From positions 1-64,000 of the IMG/VR virus record IMGVR_UViG_3300012344_000001: a stretch of 64,000 nt of DNA. The stretch is one strand, 5' to 3'. Position 1 is the stretch's first letter; every line of letters begins with the position of its first letter. Under the pieces are notes generated by a model that was not told the DNA's origin, did no database searches, and saw only the letters and a list, made by a program, of their open reading frames with translations. Source of the DNA: a virus. Lineage: Duplodnaviria; Caudoviricetes. This document shows positions 1-8,574 of the stretch, in pieces. Made by a program: the position numbers and the translations under genes.

Positions 1-671
1 AGCACCGACTGCAAATCGCTGGGCAACGCTGCCTTGACAACGGGTAACGTGTTGTTGCGCATATTGCAGGATGCCCAACCACCGGTCGTGCTATTTTTAT
101 TGTTCATATTAAACCACTGACCGCTGCTTTTGCTCGAACTATATCCGCTGTCGCACAGCGCAACATCTGTTCCACTTGTCTGCGCAGTCTTGAAGCCACC
201 GAACGCGATACCAGTTCCTTCAACGGAACTATTGTGGTCGAAACCAATAATATACACCCACGTCTGATAGTTCGTCAGCGTCAAACCATCAGACACTTTA
301 CCGTTGATGGTAATTTCCTTGGTATCGCCCACCGCCCAATAGTTCGCACCTTCGCTTGCATCCGCGATGTCGCGAATTGTTGCCCAATCGTTGTCGTTCA
401 GCGTCGCGCTGATATACTTCAGCGTAACTTCATACATCCCCGCCTTCGTCACCGAAACGGTCGCCGTCGCCGTGTTCGCGCCCTTTGTCGCAGTCACGAC
501 CCAATCGCCAAACGCAGGCACATCAATCACGTACACGCCCTGACTATACACGGCGTTTCGCGTCATCGTGTCCATAGTCGCCGTCACGGTGCTGCCAGCT
601 TCGACCGTCACATAAATCAACGCTCCGAGTCCGCCGCCACCACCGCCACGTGCATATCTGTTAAAAATCAC
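1..671 (-). CDS. Second DGR-target paralog (DUF6273-like tail/receptor-binding protein), 3' part truncated by window edge
   Basis: Not in the ORF track. Hand translation from GTG at 671 gives MIFNRYARGGGGGG...NYWAVGDTKEITINGKVSDGLTL...IIGFDHNSSVEGTGIAFGGFKT...GGWASCNMRNNTLPVVKAALPSDLQSV, collinear with 12889..13908. Bases 1-76 are identical to 13238-13313. Confidence 0.9.
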   Translation of the reverse strand, partial: MIFNRYARGGGGGGLGALIYVTVEAGSTVTATMDTMTRNAVYSQGVYVIDVPAFGDWVVTATKGANTATATVSVTKAGMYEVTLKYISATLNDNDWATIRDIADASEGANYWAVGDTKEITINGKVSDGLTLTNYQTWVYIIGFDHNSSVEGTGIAFGGFKTAQTSGTDVALCDSGYSSSKSSGQWFNMNNKNSTTGGWASCNMRNNTLPVVKAALPSDLQSV

Positions 672-683
672 ACGACCACCGCC

Positions 684-1103
684 TTATTCAGCAATATAGA
701 CGTTGACGGTGATGTTCGCAGTCGGGTCGGACGTGCAAGTAAACTTCAGCGTTCCCGCCGCCTGTTCCGTGCAAAGAATGCCAGCAGAACTATAGGCGTC
801 CTGATGCGCAGGAATGGGCGACACAACAACAGAATTCGTCGCTGTGACGTGCGTCGCGCTAACGGTCTGCGCGCCGCCAGACCAACCAGCTACCGTCAGC
901 GTCACCTGAATCGCGTAGCTGACAGTCTTCTTGCCAACTTCGGTGGTCAGCGCGGTCACGTTGCTATTGGTCGTGTCAATTCTGCCGTTCGCGGCAGTAA
1001 CGCCCGCGTCCGTGTCAAAAATGCCCTGTTCAATCTTGTTAAGATTGTCCGCGTTGATTGCAGGCGCCTGATTATTCACCCATACAGTTTTCGTATATGC
1101 CAT
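684..1103 (-). CDS. Small tail/fibre-associated structural protein
   Basis: N-terminal YTKTVWVN..PAINADNLNKIEQGI motif typical of tail-fibre N-termini; GGAGG RBS. Confidence 0.6.
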   Translation of the reverse strand: MAYTKTVWVNNQAPAINADNLNKIEQGIFDTDAGVTAANGRIDTTNSNVTALTTEVGKKTVSYAIQVTLTVAGWSGGAQTVSATHVTATNSVVVSPIPAHQDAYSSAGILCTEQAAGTLKFTCTSDPTANITVNVYIAE

Positions 1104-1115
1104 GATTATACCTCC

Positions 1116-1505
1116 TCACGCCTGATTTGTCAAGGCTTTATTCATATTGTTGAAAATGTTGCACAGCTTGTCATAAGCGTCCTTCAGATACTTACAAGAC
1201 GGAATAACAGCCGCGCCAATAATTGTCAGGTTGCTGAAGACGTCGATATATTCGTCGGGAATCGGGAACCCAACGTTGTTGCAGAATACGGGCATCACCG
1301 TGACCACAAGCACCATCAGAATAATACTAACGACCAGACAGCCAGTCTTAAGACCCGTGTCAATCAGCCGTTGCTTGTCAAACGGCTGCATCAGAATCTT
1401 GATGTTGTTATATAAGCCAAGAAGTGTGTTGGCAGCAACAGAACCGACAAACAGCCCCATCGCAATGCCAACCAGTTCTAAATTTTCGATAATAATAGAA
1501 AGCAT
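1116..1505 (-). CDS. Holin-like membrane protein
   Basis: About three hydrophobic segments; directly downstream of the endolysin. Confidence 0.65.
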   Translation of the reverse strand: MLSIIIENLELVGIAMGLFVGSVAANTLLGLYNNIKILMQPFDKQRLIDTGLKTGCLVVSIILMVLVVTVMPVFCNNVGFPIPDEYIDVFSNLTIIGAAVIPSCKYLKDAYDKLCNIFNNMNKALTNQA

Positions 1506-2219
1506 TTAATCACCCCGCAATAATTTTTCCCACGTATTCTTATCCATCTTGCCCGACTGCGCAATTTTAGAAGCCTTTTGTAGCGCCTTCACAGCCGCTA
1601 CAGTGTTGTTTCCGAACGACCCGTCTAAGTTATCGGAATAGTAGCCACGCGCCTTCAGGGCGTACTGTAGGACGTCTACGGGGTATCCTACGTCGCCATT
1701 CTTCAATATTGGCGCAAACGTAGAAACATAGGTGCGCGACGGCGTTGCTTTCCACCAGCGAATGGCACACGCCACATACTTCAAAGCGCGTTCACGGATG
1801 TTTACAGTTCCGCCATTATCTTCGCTTTTACTGCTGGTGTTGCCGTCAAGCGACTTCACCGTCTTGCCATTGTTTTCAAGGCAGATGCCGATATGCTGCG
1901 TGCGTTTCTTCTTGCCGTCAAAATCAAACAGCAGAAGGTCGCCGCGCTGATAGTCGCCATAGACCACTTGTCCAACAGCTTCGTGATATTTTCTGGCGGC
2001 AGAACAGCTTGCAACTTTCGCGCCGTTGAAGAAATACTTGGACAGCCCAGTTTCGCGGAAAATATACCACTGAAACACAACACACCACGCATAGTCCGCA
2101 CCAGAAACTTCACGTCCGTAGTATTCCGTGTTAAAAACCACATTGTTGTTGTTGCTGGCGGTTCCGATATACTTCATGCCAGCCGCGATTACTTTTTCGA
2201 TATCAGCTTTTGTCGCCAT
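1506..2219 (-). CDS. Endolysin: CHAP amidase domain plus C-terminal peptidoglycan-binding domain
   Basis: AWC catalytic Cys motif, HIGI His, DGNT; C-terminal LKNGDVG..V..LQ..L...DG.FG..T..AVKALQ PG_binding_1 pattern. Confidence 0.9.
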   Translation of the reverse strand: MATKADIEKVIAAGMKYIGTASNNNNVVFNTEYYGREVSGADYAWCVVFQWYIFRETGLSKYFFNGAKVASCSAARKYHEAVGQVVYGDYQRGDLLLFDFDGKKKRTQHIGICLENNGKTVKSLDGNTSSKSEDNGGTVNIRERALKYVACAIRWWKATPSRTYVSTFAPILKNGDVGYPVDVLQYALKARGYYSDNLDGSFGNNTVAAVKALQKASKIAQSGKMDKNTWEKLLRGD

Positions 2220-2228
2220 GACATCACC

Positions 2229-2516
2229 TTAATCCTGGATAATCGCCTGAACAAGTGGCGCAACGTTTTCGATGCCGTATTCGGCAGACAGGTCTTTCAC
2301 CATGCCGACGGCAATCTTCTTCTTGTTTTCCGCACGTTCCTTGAACGCATAGGCGCCAGTAAATACGCCGGTATCAGCCCAAGCAAGGGCGCAAATCTGC
2401 ATCAGAATGTTGGCGTCGCCATTCCCGCTGAACACGGAATACATAGTGATTGCAGAAATAATAATAGTGAGACCCCATGACAGGATGCCCCACTTTTTCA
2501 TCGTAGAAATCTTCAT
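2229..2516 (-). CDS. Small two-TM protein, holin/antiholin candidate
   Basis: Two hydrophobic helices; directly upstream of the endolysin. Confidence 0.55.
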   Translation of the reverse strand: MKISTMKKWGILSWGLTIIISAITMYSVFSGNGDANILMQICALAWADTGVFTGAYAFKERAENKKKIAVGMVKDLSAEYGIENVAPLVQAIIQD

Positions 2517-2534
2517 GGGAACCCTCCTAAAATA

Positions 2535-2568
2535 AGAAAGAGGGACAGATTTATCTGTCCCTTTTTTG
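2535..2568 (-). terminator. Intrinsic terminator
   Basis: AGGGACAGA-4 nt loop-TCTGTCCCT hairpin with T-rich tails on both strands. Confidence 0.75.
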
Positions 2569-2584
2569 AACTTTGGTCTAACCC

Positions 2585-3085
2585 TTAGTGCAGATAAGCC
2601 TTCAGGAAGGCTTCGCCATAGGAAGACATATACTCGACATGCTTCTTGTCAGTGGGGTCACCAACGTTAGGAACAACTTCCTTAGTGACGGTGTTCGCCA
2701 GACAGACGAAGTTGGTCGCACCATCATAAATGGTGAACAGGATGCCGTCGTCAGAAGACGCGGTGCAGTCCTTGTAGTAGACATCCATGCCGGGAACCTT
2801 GACGTCGCCAGCCGCCTCGTTGATAAAGGCGAAGTTGTGCTTGGGTGCAGCGACCTTACCACCAGTGTTCTTCATGGAAGCGAAGTAGCCACGGTCGTCA
2901 TAGGTAATCTCCCAGCAGGGGTCAACCGTAATAGTCTTGCCAGCGCGCTCGGGATAGCGCTTATAGGTCGGGGCGATAATAGCCAGCTTGGTGTGCGCCT
3001 TGTCCATAGTGCAGTCAGTCATTTCGATAGGCATACCATCGGACGCGATACGAGTAAGAATAGCCATGTTTAGAATCTCCTTCAA
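2585..3085 (-). CDS. Hypothetical protein, independently transcribed (moron-like)
   Basis: Has its own consensus promoter (3120-3148) and terminator. Probable start MAILTRI at 3067, after a GGAG RBS. Confidence 0.7.
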   Translation of the reverse strand: MKEILNMAILTRIASDGMPIEMTDCTMDKAHTKLAIIAPTYKRYPERAGKTITVDPCWEITYDDRGYFASMKNTGGKVAAPKHNFAFINEAAGDVKVPGMDVYYKDCTASSDDGILFTIYDGATNFVCLANTVTKEVVPNVGDPTDKKHVEYMSSYGEAFLKAYLH

Positions 3086-3119
3086 AATATAATTTCAGTG
3101 GACTACCACCATTGTTTGT

Positions 3120-3148
3120 ATTATAACACAGACTTTAACATTTGTCAA
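3120..3148 (-). promoter_or_regulatory. sigma70/sigmaA promoter
   Basis: Exact TTGACA-N17-TATAAT. Confidence 0.85.
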
Positions 3149-3513
3149 GTCTTCATGATATAACAAAGCGCGTAGTACGGCGGAAGTGCCGAAGTCGAAG
3201 CCGTCACCTGTGGGCCAGCTTCAACATCGCCAATCTGCGCAGTCGAAGAACCGCCACCAGTCGCGCCAACGGCATAGGTGTTCCCTGCGCCAATCACAAA
3301 GCGATTGCGAAGGTCGGGCGTTCCATTCGTGCCGTCGCACAGCGAAAAACCGTCGGGAATGGTTGCAACAGAACCCGACCACATAATAATTGCACCGTTC
3401 GGGACACTGCTGCCGCTACCGCCAGAAAGGGCAGCGATAAGCAAATCCATCTTTGCTTCGAAAGACGAATTTTTCAGTAAATCAATCGTTGTTGCCATCG
3501 TTAATCCTCCCAA
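3145..3513 (-). CDS. Tail collar domain protein
   Basis: GAIIMWSG...IPDGFSLCDGTNGTPDLRNRFVIGAG and LPPYYALCYIMK motifs. Confidence 0.8.
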   Translation of the reverse strand: MGGLTMATTIDLLKNSSFEAKMDLLIAALSGGSGSSVPNGAIIMWSGSVATIPDGFSLCDGTNGTPDLRNRFVIGAGNTYAVGATGGGSSTAQIGDVEAGPQVTASTSALPPYYALCYIMKT

Positions 3514-3779
3514 ACAAGACTTAGGCTGTTGTCAGCGTTTTTGACAAGCGAATAAGGAACAGCGTCCGCCTTGCCGGAAATAAGGGTTAGCATGGCTTCG
3601 TCGGTAAACGGAAGCTGCGAATACTTCTTCGTTCCATCGCCAACCTTATAACGAACTTCGCCTGCGGACGTATCGACAATGATAATTTCACCGTCTAAAA
3701 GAACTGGGTCATTTTTAGTCCAGTTTGCGCTTGTGTCACGCTTATTTTGAATACGCGCATTGTATGTTTTTGTAGCCAC
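3501..3779 (-). CDS. Short tail-fibre protein (Mtd_N/hyaluronidase-type N-terminal domain only)
   Basis: RIQNKRDTSANW..NDPVLLDGE...KVGDG..YSQLPF motif. Confidence 0.75.
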   Translation of the reverse strand: MATKTYNARIQNKRDTSANWTKNDPVLLDGEIIIVDTSAGEVRYKVGDGTKKYSQLPFTDEAMLTLISGKADAVPYSLVKNADNSLSLVWED

Positions 3780-3840
3780 AATAACCCTTCCTTTCTTTGG
3801 AATTGGGCGCCATCAAGAGACGACGCCCATTCCGTCAAAA

Positions 3841-5412
3841 TCAGATAACAGTGTTGGAAGTGCCGCAGTTGAAGATGATGTAGTCGCCGGTGGACTGAAT
3901 GGCATCATTGATGTTGCCAGACTTACCAATGGCGCTGACAGCAGTCTCATCAATCTTCTTGGCGATTTCGGTAGCATTGGCGTTAGCCTTAGCCTGCGCG
4001 GCAGCAGCAGCCTTGTTCGCGCCATAGACCGTAGCATCGCCAGCAGCATCAGCATCACTACCAAGCACGCCAGCAGCAGCACCAGCAGCATCAAACGCGC
4101 TGGTAGCAGCATAGGCGGCAGAACCAAGACCCTTAACAGCGACATCGTCGCCACCGACAGCAATAGTGCCGTTAGCAGAACCCGTGGCGATGTCAGCCTT
4201 CTGGAGCGCGGTGCCAGCCTTGCCAATCGCAGTCTGAACGTCGTCGGCAAGCTTCGCAAGGGTGATGCCCTTGTCGGTCACGGTCACGCTAATCTTGTTG
4301 TCGCTGGAAATAGCAATCTTGACGGCGTCGTTCGCACCAGAACCAGAAGTATAGACGTCGACAAGGTCAGCAACGTTCAGGTAGATGTGGCTTTCGGTAC
4401 CAGAACCAGCCTGCGTGTCGTAAGTGTTGACGGTAAAGTCGATATACTTGGTGCCAGCGGGGAACCCAGACGGGTCTTCGTCGCCAGTAGAAGTCTTAAC
4501 TTCCGCAGACTTCACAAGGTAGTCCTTCGGAATGTTAATCTTTTCACCAACGCCCGTGCCATCCTTCTGAAGCTGATAGGTAGCCAGATAGCCAGCAGTA
4601 GCGGTTTCAAGCTTGGCAATAGTGTATTCAGCGGCGGCGGGAACGGTCACAAGCAGACCAGCGGCAGACAGGGATGCGGCGTTGCCAGCGGCGGGGTCAA
4701 GCTTGATGCCAACAGTGGGCGCGGTCGCAGTACCAGCGACTTCGATACCCTTATTGGCAGTAGCAGCAACGGAAGCGACCTTAGAATCAGCAAGCGCACG
4801 CGCACCGTAAACCGTGGCTTCAGTGGAAGCATCTGCGGCAGTGCCCTTGACCGCATCAGCAGCACCAGAAACATCATAGGCGCTGGATTCAGTGTATGCG
4901 GCAGAACCGAGACCTTTAACAGCAACATCAGCGCCGTTGAACTTAACGGTACCATTGGTGTCGCCAGTCACAAGCGTACTGGCAGGAATTTCGATGGGGT
5001 CACCAACGTTAGTCCAAGTAGTCGTACCCTTTTCCTGCGACTGAAGCTGGAACTTGCGCGGATTGGTTTCGTCGACAACAATCTGATACTGGGTGTTGGT
5101 GTCCTGAATCTGACCGGAAATATAGGCGTCAAGACCAGTGATTTCGTCGGCGGAATAGGTCGGCTTCGTAGCCGCCTTCGCCCAGTCATAGATGTCAGCA
5201 GCAAGACCGCTAACAAACGGAAGCGCACTATACTTGCTGGTGCCGTCGCCAACTTTCATAATGACGGCAGGAACCTGCTCAATACCGTCCTTTTTGGTGG
5301 GAATAGTCGCAATAGCAACTTCACCCACCAGAAGAACGGGGTCGTTAGCTGTCCAATTTGCGTAACTGTCGTATTTCAGCGAAATACGAGCATTAAAATT
5401 CTTAGTAGCCAT
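3841..5412 (-). CDS. Tail/head fibre protein with Mtd_N-type N-terminus
   Basis: Same NW..DPVLL.GE..KVGDG motif; internal repeat NGT...G.DVAVKGLGSAAY twice. Confidence 0.75.
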   Translation of the reverse strand: MATKNFNARISLKYDSYANWTANDPVLLVGEVAIATIPTKKDGIEQVPAVIMKVGDGTSKYSALPFVSGLAADIYDWAKAATKPTYSADEITGLDAYISGQIQDTNTQYQIVVDETNPRKFQLQSQEKGTTTWTNVGDPIEIPASTLVTGDTNGTVKFNGADVAVKGLGSAAYTESSAYDVSGAADAVKGTAADASTEATVYGARALADSKVASVAATANKGIEVAGTATAPTVGIKLDPAAGNAASLSAAGLLVTVPAAAEYTIAKLETATAGYLATYQLQKDGTGVGEKINIPKDYLVKSAEVKTSTGDEDPSGFPAGTKYIDFTVNTYDTQAGSGTESHIYLNVADLVDVYTSGSGANDAVKIAISSDNKISVTVTDKGITLAKLADDVQTAIGKAGTALQKADIATGSANGTIAVGGDDVAVKGLGSAAYAATSAFDAAGAAAGVLGSDADAAGDATVYGANKAAAAAQAKANANATEIAKKIDETAVSAIGKSGNINDAIQSTGDYIIFNCGTSNTVI

Positions 5413-5428
5413 GTTTATTTACCTCCAA

Positions 5429-6922
5429 TTAAAGGGAAGCGCCGCCACCGTTCCAAACAATGGTATCGGAACCCTGTTCAAGCTTATCGGTAGAAATGGT
5501 GTTGACGGACATAACGCCATCAGCGCCAACGGCAATCTTGTTGATTTCAGCAGAACTCTTAACAACACCAAGAAGCGTGTCGGTCGCAATAGGAATGTTG
5601 ACGCCCTTGTCGGTGACTTCAAGCGCCGTACCGGCAATAGAAACACTTTCAAGCTTGGCGTTCAGCGCGTCGGGCAAACCAGTAATCTTATCCTGCGCAA
5701 TAGCGGCGATAGACAGTTCCTTAGTTTCGCTAAGGGTGAATTCGTCGCTGACGGTGTCAATCGCGTTGACCTGCGCACCAGCGGGAAGCGCGTTCAGCTT
5801 TTCAAGCAGCGGGGTCGTGAAGTCGTTGGTCGACAAACCCTTACCGGCTTCCTTATCGACCTTGCCAGCAAGCGCGGTGTCAAGACCAGTCACCTTATCC
5901 TGTGCAACAGCAACAATGGAAAGTTCCTTCGCGTCACTGATAGCCAGTTCGCCAGCAGCAACAGACGCAATGTTGTTGGCCTGCGCGCCTTCTTCAATGC
6001 CAGCCAGCTTGGTGCCTTCGGCGTCGGTCATAAGACGAGAACCTTCAACCTTGTCAACCTTGCCATTCAGACCAGTCGTAACTTCCGTCTTGGTGGCATA
6101 GGTTTCAGCAATTTCATCCGTGGTGGAATAGTTGCTAAGGTCGACCATGCCAGAAAGAACGTCGTACTTGTAGTCTTCACCAGAAAGAACAACAGCGACA
6201 TTGGTGCCAGCGGGATAGGTCTTGCCAGCGCCTTCAACGAAGCTGTCGGTCGTGGTGAACGAGTCGGTCACATTGTAGACGTTGCCAAGCGTGTCGGCAG
6301 AAGCGGCAGGCAGGTCGGCGAACGCGGTGCTACCAGCGGGCTTATAGACAGCAGAAATAGCAGCACTAATCTTGTCGTCGGTCTGCTGCTTAGTGTAAAC
6401 GTCCGCGCTATTCGCCTTATCGGCAAGCGTGGTGTTGATGGTCGTGATGTCGCCCTGAACAGTAGCCATCTGTTCATTCAGGGTGGAAATCTGCTGGGTG
6501 TGCTGACCAACCGTCTGGCTCAGACCTTCAACCGTGGACGTATCGGGCGTATACCATTCGATAGTGCCATCAGCCTTCTTACGCGGCTGCTGATTTTCGG
6601 TCGCATCCGCAAAACCAAGAATGCTGATAACGCCTTCGTCGGAAACGGAAATGGACTTCGAATCGCCAACGGGAATAGTGCCAGCAGCTTTCAGCGTCTT
6701 GTCGGGCTGAATGATGTACAGGTCGGCAGAAGTTTCGCTAACAACAACAATCTTCTGACCGTAGTAGTAGACCGTAGTAGTACTGCCGGAGACGTCCGCA
6801 GTAGCGGCGGCGGCAACAGCAGCGTCATAGCTGTCGAAATAAGCGTTATACTCAAGGGGGAGTGCCGCAGTCATTGCAAACGGCACACTAAAGTTAAGCT
6901 TGGGCAGATTAGAAATAGCCAT
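5429..6922 (-). CDS. Fibre-like structural protein
   Basis: KVDKVEGSRL and KVDKEAGKGLSTNDFT repeats, common in Bacillota phage fibres. Confidence 0.65.
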   Translation of the reverse strand: MAISNLPKLNFSVPFAMTAALPLEYNAYFDSYDAAVAAAATADVSGSTTTVYYYGQKIVVVSETSADLYIIQPDKTLKAAGTIPVGDSKSISVSDEGVISILGFADATENQQPRKKADGTIEWYTPDTSTVEGLSQTVGQHTQQISTLNEQMATVQGDITTINTTLADKANSADVYTKQQTDDKISAAISAVYKPAGSTAFADLPAASADTLGNVYNVTDSFTTTDSFVEGAGKTYPAGTNVAVVLSGEDYKYDVLSGMVDLSNYSTTDEIAETYATKTEVTTGLNGKVDKVEGSRLMTDAEGTKLAGIEEGAQANNIASVAAGELAISDAKELSIVAVAQDKVTGLDTALAGKVDKEAGKGLSTNDFTTPLLEKLNALPAGAQVNAIDTVSDEFTLSETKELSIAAIAQDKITGLPDALNAKLESVSIAGTALEVTDKGVNIPIATDTLLGVVKSSAEINKIAVGADGVMSVNTISTDKLEQGSDTIVWNGGGASL

Positions 6923-6941
6923 TATATATGTCCTCCCTTCC

Positions 6942-7997
6942 TTAGATAGTCACCGAATAGGTGTTAGCCGTATCGTTGGGCTTCGCATAATCCTGCGTAT
7001 AGACGCGATATTCAATCGGGCTATAGCCATTAGCACCAGCAACAGAAACGGTGGAAGAAGCAAATGCAGAAGTAATATCGGCATTCAGACCGTTAACGTC
7101 CTTAATAGAAGTCACAGCACGCAGGGTCGCGGGGTACGCGATAATGACACGCTGTGCGCCAACGGGAATGTTGACGGTAAAGGTGTTGCCATTAGCAAGC
7201 GCCTTGTTAGACTTCTGAGAAAGACCGCGAATAACATCGCTCGTGGTTTCAGCAGCCACATCAGTAGTCGTACCATAGAAGCTGTTACGATAGCCGCTAA
7301 TGTTGCCACTGGTCTTACTGATAGTCTTGCCAACAATCTTGCCCGCGTCATAATCTGCGCCAAGGGCGGTCTTGGGAACAGCGCCGTCGCCATAGGTGAT
7401 AGCAAGCGTGATGTTGTAGTTGGAACCATCAACAACCTGATATTCGGCGAACGTACCGGTCGCGGTGTCAGCCGTTTCTTCGGTCTTGTTGTTGGATGCC
7501 GCATAGGTCGTGGCGGTAACGCCAGTCGGATTGGGGCCATACTCGTAGCTACCAGCGTTGAAGGAACTGGAATAGGCGGGCGTCACGTTCGTACCAACTT
7601 CATATGCCTTCGCAGTAGAACTGGAAATGGTCATGCTGGGCTGGGTAATGGTCGGGTTCTTATCTTCGGAATACGCGTCAATAAGAACTTCGTACAGAGA
7701 CTTGTTGTTGGACGGGATAGTGACCTTGCCGTCAGTCGGCTTATACTTACCGAACTGTTCGGTGAACACCATGTCGCTATCGAACATAACACTCTTAGCG
7801 AGCAAGGTGTCCTCGCCGCCAAGATAGTCAAGCGCACTCCACTTGGAAGTGCCGTCGCCAATCTTGATTCTACCCTTGTTGTCGCCATCAAGGGTTACAG
7901 CAGCTTCGCCAGCCAGAAGTACAGGGTCGACCGTAGTCCAATTAGCTTCTGTGTCGTGACGAAGTTGAATTCTGACATTCAAAACTTTGTCTGCCAT
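6942..7997 (-). CDS. Fibre protein with Mtd_N-type N-terminus
   Basis: RIQLRHDTEANW..DPVLLAGE...KIGDG motif followed by a beta-rich C-terminus. Confidence 0.7.
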   Translation of the reverse strand: MADKVLNVRIQLRHDTEANWTTVDPVLLAGEAAVTLDGDNKGRIKIGDGTSKWSALDYLGGEDTLLAKSVMFDSDMVFTEQFGKYKPTDGKVTIPSNNKSLYEVLIDAYSEDKNPTITQPSMTISSSTAKAYEVGTNVTPAYSSSFNAGSYEYGPNPTGVTATTYAASNNKTEETADTATGTFAEYQVVDGSNYNITLAITYGDGAVPKTALGADYDAGKIVGKTISKTSGNISGYRNSFYGTTTDVAAETTSDVIRGLSQKSNKALANGNTFTVNIPVGAQRVIIAYPATLRAVTSIKDVNGLNADITSAFASSTVSVAGANGYSPIEYRVYTQDYAKPNDTANTYSVTI

Positions 7998-8016
7998 ATT
8001 ATACCTCCATCATAAT

Positions 8017-8562
8017 TTAATCAATCGCAGCGCCGCCGCCGCTAATGATGTCATAGGAAATAGGTGAAACATTAGACACGGGAATATCACTAAGTTCATA
8101 TTCCTGCTTTTCGGGATTCCAAATATCCCAATAGCCAGTCGGGTCTGGCTTGGGCGGATGATTATTAAGGTCGTCCGCTTCTTTTGCAATCGCGTTAATA
8201 CGCGCTTCCATCTGCGAAAATTCGCTTGGGACAAGAGGCCACTGGTCGTCACCAGAAAGCGACTTCGGCACTTCGACCTGAATCGCGTTACTGTGTCGCA
8301 CCGTTCCGTCTTTTGTACCACGCAACTGAATGATATAGGTGCCACTATTCGAAAGGTCGTGCTTCGTCAGAAGCGTGGAAATACCACCTTCAACAGCTTC
8401 AAGGCGGATAATGTTCAGTTCGCGCTTATAGCGACAAAGAACGTCCCACGTATAGCCTTCAGGAATATCACCAGAAATATACAGTTCGCGCGTCATGTGG
8501 TCGTATTGCATTGCCAACGGGTAACCAACATTCTTGATTACCCAATTATCGAATGTAATCAC
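8017..8562 (-). CDS. Baseplate/fibre-associated protein (BppU-like N-terminus possible)
   Basis: Position in the tail module; beta-sandwich-like N-terminus. Confidence 0.45.
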   Translation of the reverse strand: MITFDNWVIKNVGYPLAMQYDHMTRELYISGDIPEGYTWDVLCRYKRELNIIRLEAVEGGISTLLTKHDLSNSGTYIIQLRGTKDGTVRHSNAIQVEVPKSLSGDDQWPLVPSEFSQMEARINAIAKEADDLNNHPPKPDPTGYWDIWNPEKQEYELSDIPVSNVSPISYDIISGGGAAID

Positions 8563-8574
8563 ATAACCACCACC

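Noticed and set aside
76-160. Additional internal VR in the two target paralogs (SSSKSSG versus NSQKSSG region)
   Set aside because: No matching template found in the window, and the differences are not adenine-restricted.
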